A stretch of DNA of 42,110 nucleotides from Promethearchaeota archaeon (GTDB taxonomy: Archaea > Asgardarchaeota > Hermodarchaeia > Hermodarchaeales > Hermodarchaeaceae): assembly GCA_048939245.1 (NCBI GenBank), contig JBHLPR010000017.1:1-42110 (forward strand), given 5' to 3'. Positions 1 through 8,387 of this stretch are shown here, piece after piece. Below the pieces are notes generated by a model that searched no databases, was not told the DNA's origin, and worked only from the letters and a program-made list of their open reading frames with translations. Both the position numbers and the translations under genes were made by a program. The first letter of the stretch is position 1. Each line of letters opens with the position of its first letter.

Positions 1-645
1 TTCCTGGATGATTATGCCTTCATGATTTGGGGACTCCTCGAACTCTATGAAACGACCCTTGATCCAGAATATCTCGAAAAAGCCATAGCCCTGAATGATA
101 CGTTACTCTCCCATTTTTGGGATGAGAAAGGAGAGGCGTTTTTCTTTACCGCCGATGATGCTGAAAATCTTCTCATCCGGAAAAAGGATGCCTATGATGG
201 TGCTATCCCATCAGGAAATTCGGTGGCAATGTTAAACTTACTTCGTTTAGGTCGAATTACCACAGAAACCGAGTTAGAATCCAAAGCCACGAAAATTGGA
301 AGGGCATTTTCCGGAGAGGTCCTTGGGACTCCCACGGCATTTACGTTCATGATCAGTGCAGTTGATTATGCGGTAGGACCTTGCTACGAAATCGTCATTG
401 TTGGCGATCCAACGAAACCTAAGACCCAAATGTTGCTGAGTGCTATCAATGATCGATTCATTCCGAACAAAATTCTCCTTCTCATTTCAACCGATGAAAC
501 CGCAGAGCGCATAACAAGGCTAGCACCCTTCACAAAGAATTACAAAGCAACTAATGCTCTACCAACTGCATATGTTTGCAAAAATTACATGTGCCAAAAT
601 CCCACCACGGATGTCAAAATCTTGCGTAATCTCTTGGATTCATAA
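1..645 (+). CDS. YyaL/SPATA20-like thioredoxin-domain protein, C-terminal part (5'-truncated by window edge)
   Basis: Frame is open from base 1 (FLDDYAFMIWGLLELYE). It contains the DGAIPSGNS and AYVCKNYMCQNP motifs typical of YyaL/DUF255 proteins. Confidence 0.85.
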   Translation, partial: FLDDYAFMIWGLLELYETTLDPEYLEKAIALNDTLLSHFWDEKGEAFFFTADDAENLLIRKKDAYDGAIPSGNSVAMLNLLRLGRITTETELESKATKIGRAFSGEVLGTPTAFTFMISAVDYAVGPCYEIVIVGDPTKPKTQMLLSAINDRFIPNKILLLISTDETAERITRLAPFTKNYKATNALPTAYVCKNYMCQNPTTDVKILRNLLDS

Positions 646-1389
646 ACGTTTTCGCGCACGAATACAGAGAAAAGTAGGATTTCGACGGACTTTGTCCCAA
701 TCCTCAGGGTTTTGCTGTTGGAAGCCCTTTGTCGGTTGAGCTTCGATGAATTTGTCGAGGTAAAAACCTGCATTGTGTAGACACTCAAAAAAGGCACCTA
801 ATGGGCGACGATAGGAGGACACACGAACAGGCTTCCCAAAGCCTGTCCAAAGGAAATCGACTTCTTCAAGTTTGAAGTAATTTTCAGGGCGTTTTATTCT
901 CTTTGGATTGTCCTTGTTCGCCCATTTGGCATGTGGATGTTCTGTTGAGAAAATGAAAAAGCCATCATCCCTTAGAACACGATAAAATTCTGAAAACAGG
1001 AAATTCCAATCCTTAACATAATCCAAAACCAGAGAAGAGAATACGATATCAATTGACACATCAGGCAAGAAAACCAATGGCTCTTCGATATTCGCAAGGC
1101 GTATTTGGGCCCGATTCCCTATGCGTTGTTTAGTAAATTCGATCATTTTGGGACTAACATCAATAGCAGTAACCGTTGCACCTCGTGTGAGAAGAATTTC
1201 TGTATAGAGCCCGGGTCCACAACCTGCATCAAGGACATGCTTATCTTTAACATCAGGGAGAAGTGATAACGTAGCGGGGCGTTCCAGGTAAGCATTATAA
1301 TCTTTGGTTTCGATTCGAGCATTAAATTCTTCAGCCATGGTTTCGTAGGCATCTAAGGCGATAGGTCTTTCTTTTTTTCGTTTACTCAT
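640..1389 (-). CDS. Class I SAM-dependent methyltransferase
   Basis: Motif I VLDAGCGPG, acidic AIDVS and DIVFSSLVLDY. ATG at 1389 (MSKRKK) is preferred over the track start at 1422. Confidence 0.85.
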   Translation of the reverse strand: MSKRKKERPIALDAYETMAEEFNARIETKDYNAYLERPATLSLLPDVKDKHVLDAGCGPGLYTEILLTRGATVTAIDVSPKMIEFTKQRIGNRAQIRLANIEEPLVFLPDVSIDIVFSSLVLDYVKDWNFLFSEFYRVLRDDGFFIFSTEHPHAKWANKDNPKRIKRPENYFKLEEVDFLWTGFGKPVRVSSYRRPLGAFFECLHNAGFYLDKFIEAQPTKGFQQQNPEDWDKVRRNPTFLCIRARKRL

Positions 1390-1638
1390 TTTCCTAATCC
1401 CGATATCAGGAGAGGTGAACAATTCAATAACATTTCGGTGAAAAATGACACAAGCACCCGTCTTTTTGGCTATTTTCTTTTAGCCTGGTAGTCCAGGTTA
1501 ATACCATTCATTTGATATTGGTGATGCCAATAGATGAGAAGTTGCGGCCATGGTCGGTGGTGAGCACGCTCTGATGTTCGCATACTATGTTACGAAAGAC
1601 GTTGATGACTTCGCTAAATCGAAGTTGGATTGATAGTG

Positions 1639-2032
1639 ATGGTTGAAATTTTCAAAAAGAAATTAGATATGGATTTTGACAAAGCCGTCGAACACGTGAC
1701 GAAACATTTTGAAGAAGCAGGATTTAGCGTTTTGTAAGTAAAAGCTTTCGATGAAATCTTTACCAAGAAACTGTGTGCTACAAATCATCCATAGTTTACA
1801 ATAATTCTTGTTTGTGGATCCAAATTCGCTAAGGCGGCGCTGGACGTATCATTATAGAGGGTTGCTCTTTTCGTGTAGTTTTGTGGTCTATGAAGAGGAA
1901 GGCGAAGTGTATGTCTCGCATAGTTTGATCATGCAGATGGCTGCAAACCTTGGCTTTGCTCCAGCCGAGGAAATGCAACCTGTAATTTAGATGACCAGGA
2001 AAACAATTCAAAAGGCATAGTCTGCATTTTAA
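1639..2032 (+). pseudogene. DUF302-family pseudogene
   Basis: Reads MVEIFKKKLDMDFDKAVEHVTKHFEEAGFSVL*...FTIILVCGSKFAKAALDVSL, then frameshifts to GLLFSCSFVVYEEEGEVYVS...AF*. Internal stops at 1735, 1792, 1855, 1988 and 2018, plus a frameshift near 1855. Confidence 0.7.
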
Positions 2033-2254
2033 TTCATCTTGATGGTTGAAGTAGAGTTATGTCCTTAGCCACTTGGTTAAGGAAAATCTCGGGGTAATAG
2101 TATTACATTCTTCAGTAAATGGTTTGAAGCTCCAATGCTTATCTGAGACATATGCCGACTTGTATTTTTCACATTTCTGAAACGAACTACAATATCCAGT
2201 GACTTTAATCGTAACATTTATCCTCCGCAGTTAAAGAACGTAGACGGAGGTGAA

Positions 2255-2554
2255 ATGATGGGAGACTCAGGTAAATATAAATCACGATCGGGTTGGTATC
2301 GTGGTCTCATCAATTGTGGTATAATTTTAGTTTTAGGAGCGATTATACATTACTTATTGCTAGAAGCCGCACGTATTTTTTATTCACAGCAAAACCCGCC
2401 AGTTCTCATTGACCATTATGGTGCGTCTGTGCTCATTATAGTAGTCCCAATCGGAGTTGTACTAATCATTGTGGGATTGTATATGAGACAAAAAGCTAGA
2501 ACAGAACGCACGAAACCCGAGACTTACTGGACTCAAGTGGACAAAGAGCCATAA
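2255..2554 (+). CDS. Small two-TM membrane protein, unknown function
   Basis: GGAGGTGA RBS just upstream; two hydrophobic segments. Confidence 0.65.
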   Translation: MMGDSGKYKSRSGWYRGLINCGIILVLGAIIHYLLLEAARIFYSQQNPPVLIDHYGASVLIIVVPIGVVLIIVGLYMRQKARTERTKPETYWTQVDKEP

Positions 2555-2731
2555 GATCGTTAGTCCTCGATGTCGCCTTCCACATCATCTTCAGCTTTCA
2601 TCTCATCGCTATCCTCATTTTCCTGCTTGTCGTCCTCAGCTTTGATGTTCTACACAATTATTCTTTAAAGTAGAATGTAACTCGGTTACCTTGGGATATT
2701 GGGATGTGCCTAAACCGAAGCATTTGAAAAG

Positions 2732-3172
2732 CTAATGCGAATGCTCACCCGTTGCTTGGCCCTCTTCCATCATACTGGTTACTTTGAGTTGATGAATGCC
2801 CCGTAAGCTCTGCAATTGAGTTGCTAGCTCCTTAATTTGTGCAGCTTTTCCTTTCACTACGATTACTAGAAGGCAATGATGCGCGTCCAGATGGATATGC
2901 GTTGTAGAAGTAATGAGATCAGTATACTGATGCTGAACCCGTGTTAGTTCGCCCTCGAGCCCCGGGATATCATGATCGAAAATTATGGTAATGGTTCCTA
3001 CTGCGACGGCTAAGGAATCATAACCCCATCGATATTCTGAAACAAAATCCCGCATCGCCTGTTGAATCGCCTTAGAGCGATCATAACCAATATTCGAAGT
3101 TATCTGATCAAACTCCTTCAGTAATTTTGGAGGAAGGGAGATACTGATACGGGCAACACCTGACTTCTTCAT
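2732..3172 (-). CDS. nikR: Nickel-responsive transcriptional regulator NikR
   Basis: N-terminal ribbon-helix-helix (RISISLP..LL..FD...RSKAIQQAMRDF) and metal site QH...HIHLDAHHC. Confidence 0.92.
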   Translation of the reverse strand: MKKSGVARISISLPPKLLKEFDQITSNIGYDRSKAIQQAMRDFVSEYRWGYDSLAVAVGTITIIFDHDIPGLEGELTRVQHQYTDLITSTTHIHLDAHHCLLVIVVKGKAAQIKELATQLQSLRGIHQLKVTSMMEEGQATGEHSH

Positions 3173-3232
3173 AGGTCATCACTTCTGCTGAAGATTTAAT
3201 CGTAATGAAGCTCTATTGTTTATATTAAGATA

Positions 3233-3260
3233 GTATTTCTTTTTCTATTGTATGTAATAC
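3233..3260. promoter_or_regulatory. Candidate NikR operator 1 (GTATTTC-N14-GTAATAC)
   Basis: Imperfect inverted repeat with a 14-nt spacer, beside the TATA-like element (TTAATATAAA on the - strand) upstream of nikR. Confidence 0.55.
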
Positions 3261-3356
3261 TCTTTGACCCGTTTTGTTAAAAAATCGGTATACAAGTAAT
3301 CTTCAAAAATCATAGTCCATGCGATCGATAAGAGGTCAGTTAGATTTATATAATCA

Positions 3357-3384
3357 GTATTACTAAAGAACGAAAAAGTATTAC
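3357..3384. promoter_or_regulatory. Candidate NikR operator 2 (GTATTAC-N14-GTATTAC)
   Basis: Same half-site and 14-nt spacing, between the TATA-like TTTATATAA (~3345-3353) and the nikM start. Confidence 0.55.
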
Positions 3385-3402
3385 CAAGCTAGGTGTATCA
3401 CC

Positions 3403-4092
3403 ATGCATATCCCTGACGGATTCCTTACAATTATCATTTGTGCGATTATGTGGGCTATTGCTATCAGCCTATTAACCATCGCTTTTTGGCGTCTTAGAAA
3501 AGACTTGAATGAGAAACAAATTCCATTGATGGCAATTTTAACGGCTATGTTTTTCGCAGCCCAAATGATGAACTACCCCATAATTGGTGGAACGACCGCC
3601 CACCTATTGGGTGGACCTATTCTTGCCATTACCCTTGGACCCTACGCTGCACTCGTATCAATCACTGTCATTTTAGTGATTCAAGCATTTTTCTTTGGTG
3701 ATGGCGGAATCCTTACGCTAGGGGCCAATATCGTCAATATGGGTATTGTGGGTGTCTTCATTCCATGGATTGTATTCATTCTCATTTATCGGTTGTTACC
3801 AAACCGCAATGGCATGATTATTGGCGGATTTCTATCAGCATTTTGTGGCGATCTTATCGCTGCACTATCAGCAGGTATTATGTTAGGATTATCATATCCC
3901 CTATTTCCCTACTCTATGTTCATAGCAACGGTTGCAATGAGCATTCACCATTCCATTATCGGTATTATCGAAGGCTTTGCGACTGTTATTATTTTATTAG
4001 TAATCAATGGAGTGCGTCCTGATCTCCTCACAATTGATCGTGTGGTTCCAATCATCACAGGAGATTGGTCTCCCGAACTTCAGGGGGTATAG
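3403..4092 (+). CDS. nikM: ECF Ni/Co transporter substrate-binding component (NikM/CbiM family)
   Basis: N-terminal MHIPDGFL metal-binding motif, GTTAHLLG, FFGDGGILTLGAN; multiple TM helices. Confidence 0.88.
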   Translation: MHIPDGFLTIIICAIMWAIAISLLTIAFWRLRKDLNEKQIPLMAILTAMFFAAQMMNYPIIGGTTAHLLGGPILAITLGPYAALVSITVILVIQAFFFGDGGILTLGANIVNMGIVGVFIPWIVFILIYRLLPNRNGMIIGGFLSAFCGDLIAALSAGIMLGLSYPLFPYSMFIATVAMSIHHSIIGIIEGFATVIILLVINGVRPDLLTIDRVVPIITGDWSPELQGV

Positions 4093-4097
4093 TAGAG

Positions 4098-4394
4098 ATG
4101 GAACAGAAACATAAACTAATACTCGGTGGATTTATTATCGCGGTCATATTCGTAGCCATTGGTGTTATCTGGCTGGGTTTTGCCAATGAAACCCTTGATG
4201 TTATCGCTGAACTATTTGGGGCCCCCGAATTGGAATTTTGGATTCCTCCCTTCCCCGACTATGAAATCCCTGGATTCGAAGGAGTTATGTTATCAAACTT
4301 TCTACTGGGTATTGCCTTCGTCGCGCTTATCCTTTTTATTACATTTGGGCTCATGTGGATACTAGTGCGGCTAAGATCTCGAGAACAACTTTAA
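4098..4394 (+). CDS. ECF Ni/Co transporter auxiliary component (NikN/PDGLE-like)
   Basis: Two TM helices flanking a PFPDYEIPG loop; lies between the M and Q genes; ATG at 4098. Confidence 0.7.
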   Translation: MEQKHKLILGGFIIAVIFVAIGVIWLGFANETLDVIAELFGAPELEFWIPPFPDYEIPGFEGVMLSNFLLGIAFVALILFITFGLMWILVRLRSREQL

Positions 4395-4418
4395 TGCGGT
4401 TCAAGGAATAGATAGCCA

Positions 4419-5252
4419 GTGTTTAAAGAGCTGTTGAAGGTTCTCGGTGAGAGCCTTAATGTCGAAAAGTATGCAAGTCGCAACGGTGTGCTTCAAAGAA
4501 TTGATCCACGAGTCAAACTAATAGGTTTTACTTGTTTAATCATCTTTGCTGTGCTTATGCAAAATATTCAGCAGTTTGCCATTTTACTCATCTTTCTCAC
4601 ATTGCTTAGCATTGCGTCTCGAATTCCCCTCCGGGCTTTTTTTGGTCGTCAACTCATGGTCGTGTTCTTTTCGCTAGTAATAGTCATTCCTTTGCCATTT
4701 ATTATCCCAGGTACACCCCTCCTTGTTTTTCCTTTAGGACCATGGTTAATATCGGTAAGCCTTGAAGGTCTTTATCGGGCAGCTATTTTTGGTATGCGAA
4801 TATGGGTTTGTGTTGCTGCATTAAGTTTACTGACTTTGTCAACCAGATTTCCTGTGTTACTTCACGGGATGCAACGGCTTCGATTACCTAGCCTTTTCAT
4901 CTCATTAACTGCTTTAACTTATCGCTACATTTTCCTATTTAGTGATGAAGCTTATCGAATGGGACTTGCGCGAGAAGCACGAATGGTTAAAAAAGAACGA
5001 ATTGCCCGACCCCGAACGTGGCGGATAATTTCAAGCATGATCGGTACTTTGTTCATTCGTGCATATGAACGAGGAGAAAAAGTATATCAAACGATGTTGG
5101 CCCGAGGTTTTACGGGAGAGTTCCATTTACTAACACGGCTTAAAATAGGATTCACCGATTATAGCTTTGCTGTCGGCCTACTGGCTATCATTGTGCTTAC
5201 TTATTTCGCACCCTTTCTGTTTCCAGTTACCTTGTTAGGAGGTTGGTTTTAG
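4419..5252 (+). CDS. ECF transporter transmembrane T component (NikQ/CbiQ)
   Basis: IDPRVKL, YRYIFLF, AREAR and MLARGF coupling motifs, RAYERGE. Confidence 0.88.
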   Translation: MFKELLKVLGESLNVEKYASRNGVLQRIDPRVKLIGFTCLIIFAVLMQNIQQFAILLIFLTLLSIASRIPLRAFFGRQLMVVFFSLVIVIPLPFIIPGTPLLVFPLGPWLISVSLEGLYRAAIFGMRIWVCVAALSLLTLSTRFPVLLHGMQRLRLPSLFISLTALTYRYIFLFSDEAYRMGLAREARMVKKERIARPRTWRIISSMIGTLFIRAYERGEKVYQTMLARGFTGEFHLLTRLKIGFTDYSFAVGLLAIIVLTYFAPFLFPVTLLGGWF

Positions 5253-5254
5253 AG

Positions 5255-6103
5255 ATGGTTCATTGTGCAGTAGATATGAAGAATATAAGATATCAATATC
5301 CTGATGGACATATTGCTCTTGAAGGCATTAATTTTCAGGTTGGCTTACATGAACGGGCAGTTATACTTGGAGCAAATGGAGCTGGCAAGTCCACACTGCT
5401 TTCAGTGATGTGTGGAATTATCGAAGCAAATAAGGGCACTATCAGCATTCTCAGTAAAGAGCTTACTTCAAAAAACGTCAATGAATTTCGTGCAACGATT
5501 GGGTTAGTGTTTCAGGAACCAGATAATCAGCTTTTCATGCCAACCTTGTGGGAAGATGTTGCATTTGGTCCTTTGAATATGGGACTTTCTGAAGATGAAG
5601 TTACAGCACGTGTTGATGAAGCGCTGCAAGTTGTGGGACTTTCACAATTGAAAGAGAAACCACCACATCACCTAAGTGTGGGCGAAAAGAAACGAGCAGC
5701 TATTGCTACAGTCTTAGCAATGCGTCCTAGAATTCTTGTGTTCGATGAACCAACAGCACATATGGACCCAAAAAGTCGTAATGAGTTTGCTAAATTCCTA
5801 TCGAAACTTCACTCTGAAGGCGATTTAACAATTATTACTGCTACGCATGATGTCAATATTGTTCCGTATATCGCAGAACGTGCTTATGTGCTTAGTGAAG
5901 GAAGATTTATTGGAGCAGGATCCGTCTACGAAATTTTTTCCAATACAACGATGTTGAACCAAGCTAATCTTGAACCACCAATTATTGCCCAGCTATTTCA
6001 AGAAGCCCCCACTTTTAGTGGTAAAATTAATGATGCTGCGCTTCCAATGACATTAACTGACGCAATCTCCATTCTTAGAAAATTCCGAATTTCACACAAA
6101 TAA
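5255..6103 (+). CDS. ECF transporter ATPase (NikO/CbiO)
   Basis: Walker A GANGAGKST, FQEPDNQLF Q-loop, LSVGEKKR signature, VFDEP Walker B, TH switch. Confidence 0.9.
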   Translation: MVHCAVDMKNIRYQYPDGHIALEGINFQVGLHERAVILGANGAGKSTLLSVMCGIIEANKGTISILSKELTSKNVNEFRATIGLVFQEPDNQLFMPTLWEDVAFGPLNMGLSEDEVTARVDEALQVVGLSQLKEKPPHHLSVGEKKRAAIATVLAMRPRILVFDEPTAHMDPKSRNEFAKFLSKLHSEGDLTIITATHDVNIVPYIAERAYVLSEGRFIGAGSVYEIFSNTTMLNQANLEPPIIAQLFQEAPTFSGKINDAALPMTLTDAISILRKFRISHK

Positions 6104-6227
6104 GATGTCAAGGAAATTCAGCAAAACAGCCTTAACTGCAGCTCAGGCTCTTTTTAATGCAGTAAGAGGCAAAGGATGCTATTAAATCCCTTTTTTCAAA
6201 GATAGTAGATCATTAGTTTGTGTGTGC

Positions 6228-6383
6228 CTAGCAGTCATTGGGAATTTCCAGTGGGTTGACGACGAGATATTGGAAGCCGTGTTCTTCTGGATCTTTAATG
6301 AGTGGAATAAGGGGAGTGTCACATATTGGACACTTCTCAACGTTTTGGGGGAGCTTCCTTTCACAATTTGGGCATTGAATCAT
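6228..6383 (-). CDS. Small zinc-ribbon protein (51 aa)
   Basis: MIQCPNCERKLPQNVEKCPICDTPL has two CxxC pairs with zinc-ribbon spacing. Confidence 0.6.
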   Translation of the reverse strand: MIQCPNCERKLPQNVEKCPICDTPLIPLIKDPEEHGFQYLVVNPLEIPNDC

Positions 6384-6519
6384 GTCAGTTACCCATAGGT
6401 AAGGCGGTAAGTTCATCCCTAAAAACTTCGGTAAACAGGAAGGTACCGAAAAAGCTGGATATTATTTGAAATCAGGCTAGATCAGAAGACCCCAGCATAG
6501 ATTTCTGCAGCTACGATTC

Positions 6520-7323
6520 TTAGATTCCTAAGTAATCGCCTTCAATGAATTGCCGTGTAAACCAGGCGACAATCGCATCCATGGTCATTTCAAACGCGGT
6601 TGGATTGCTGAGATTGTGATCAGCCCCAGGTATCACAACCATTTCTTTCGGTTCATTCGCCTTACTGAAAAGGCGTTGAACTCCAGCCAAATCAATTCCT
6701 TTGTCCGCATCCCCGGTGATAATGAACAAGGGAGTGGGTGAGAGTTTGTGGATTTCGTTCATCACATTGTATTTCTCAGCATCTCGAACCATACTCTCAA
6801 GCACTGCGTGACGAAAATCCGGATTAGTAAGTTCGTGGACAACATTGGGGGCCGTTCGTAAGAGATCTTCAATAGTAAACGGCATTAAAGGTGATTTGGC
6901 AAAGGCGAGGGGATTATAGACTGGAGCACGAAGGGCTACCGCGGTTACCAGTGGATTTCGTATAGCTTCTATCACTGCAGGGGTTGCTCCGTAGCTTGGC
7001 GCATAAATACCAAGCCATTCCGGTGATACATACTCTGAATGAATTAGATGTTGAGTAGCGGCTTGGGCATCTTTGATTTCACCAGCTAGGCTAAAGTACC
7101 CTTCACTGGATCGGAATCCTCGAAAATCAAATGTCAGCACACAGAATTCAGCTTCAGCAAGGCGTGTAGCTGCGCCTCCAATCTGGTCCGAAGAGCCTGG
7201 GAAGCCATGGAACTTGCAGATACCAGCAAATACGCCTTCTTGGTCAGGGAGAACAAAGTTCCCTCGGATTGTTTCTCCCTCGGATTGGAACTCAGTGGGT
7301 ATGACCTTGATTTTCATACGCAA
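6520..7323 (-). CDS. Alpha/beta-fold hydrolase
   Basis: HGFPG oxyanion loop, FDFRGFRSSEG, nucleophile elbow APSYG, Asp in GDAD, His in GADH. Confidence 0.85.
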   Translation of the reverse strand: MRMKIKVIPTEFQSEGETIRGNFVLPDQEGVFAGICKFHGFPGSSDQIGGAATRLAEAEFCVLTFDFRGFRSSEGYFSLAGEIKDAQAATQHLIHSEYVSPEWLGIYAPSYGATPAVIEAIRNPLVTAVALRAPVYNPLAFAKSPLMPFTIEDLLRTAPNVVHELTNPDFRHAVLESMVRDAEKYNVMNEIHKLSPTPLFIITGDADKGIDLAGVQRLFSKANEPKEMVVIPGADHNLSNPTAFEMTMDAIVAWFTRQFIEGDYLGI

Positions 7324-7378
7324 CTCTCCAAATTAACTGAAGCATCAGTCGTTTGAAGAGGTATTGTATCCTTCTAGG

Positions 7379-8218
7379 CTATTTACGTATCCTGTAAAAG
7401 AGAACCGCGGATGCGAGAGCAGCAGGTTCTGCAGCAAATATCAAAAACATCGTGAATAGCATATTATAGGCGTATATGGTGTAAGGACTTCCTACAAAAA
7501 GAGGGAAAAAAGGCATTTGAGCCAAGTAGAAATGCCCAAGAATAAGCCAGAAACAAGCGGCAACAATAATAAGAGTTGATCCAGGCAAAAAGTGTCTAGT
7601 TCTGAGAAATACAATAGCCCAGATAATGAAAGTGAGTCCCCATAATAAAAGACCCGTGAGTGAAGCAAATAGATAAAGTGGGAAAAGAGGACCAGGAGAG
7701 AACTCCCACGAATAAGTGCCAGGCATTAAGACATTGGGGTTGTAGAGAAGCAAATCTGACAACACCATAGGCCAACCTGAAAGCAGAGAGAAGAGTGACA
7801 CGCTCAGAGCAAAAAATGAATCATAATAACGATAAAAGCCAAAGAAGGTGATTCCGGTTAATGTGATGCCTAGGGCTATTAAAATCAAGGCCCAGATTCT
7901 AAATGGAGTAAAATAAGAATAATAGGGGGCCCAAATTGGATAATAGAAGAACACATAAAATCCAACAATTAGGAAAGCCATGGCAATTATGCCAACAATA
8001 AACACTTGACGAGTAGAGGGAGTAAGATATCCAGGAGGAACTTGTTGAGTGCCTCCTCGCGGTCCTTTGCTCAAGGGTGGACGATACCGTCCAGCATCCA
8101 AACAAGATAAACAATAGAAAATGCCACCAATACGTTGTGAACATTGGTGGCAGACTCCAGCACCACACGAATGACAGATGCCGATGGCATCCTGATCAGT
8201 GTGTATTGCACATTTCAA
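7379..8218 (-). CDS. Membrane protein with N-terminal B-box-like zinc finger
   Basis: CxxH...CxxC...CxxC...CxxC N-terminus followed by about 6 hydrophobic segments. Confidence 0.7.
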   Translation of the reverse strand: MKCAIHTDQDAIGICHSCGAGVCHQCSQRIGGIFYCLSCLDAGRYRPPLSKGPRGGTQQVPPGYLTPSTRQVFIVGIIAMAFLIVGFYVFFYYPIWAPYYSYFTPFRIWALILIALGITLTGITFFGFYRYYDSFFALSVSLFSLLSGWPMVLSDLLLYNPNVLMPGTYSWEFSPGPLFPLYLFASLTGLLLWGLTFIIWAIVFLRTRHFLPGSTLIIVAACFWLILGHFYLAQMPFFPLFVGSPYTIYAYNMLFTMFLIFAAEPAALASAVLFYRIRK

Positions 8219-8387
8219 AGACGCTCCACTCCATTTCGGTTATAGTAGGTGTGGCTTTAAATTCATGCTGGTAGTGACATTCTTCCTTTGGGTGCTATGA
8301 GAAGCGTGGAGGAAAGGGTAGCGATGGATGAGAATTCGCAAAGAGTTTTGAACTAAGACCGTTGACTATCGGAGTGGAGCGAGATTA

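Noticed and set aside
1639-2032. Pyrrolysine or amber recoding suggested by four in-frame TAGs
   Set aside because: The frame also has a TAA and a frameshift, and TAG is a normal stop for many intact genes here.
3403-6103. Cobalt uptake feeding the B12 mutases
   Set aside because: The MHIPDG N-terminus and divergent nikR favour nickel; no B12 riboswitch was seen. Cobalt transport is not excluded.
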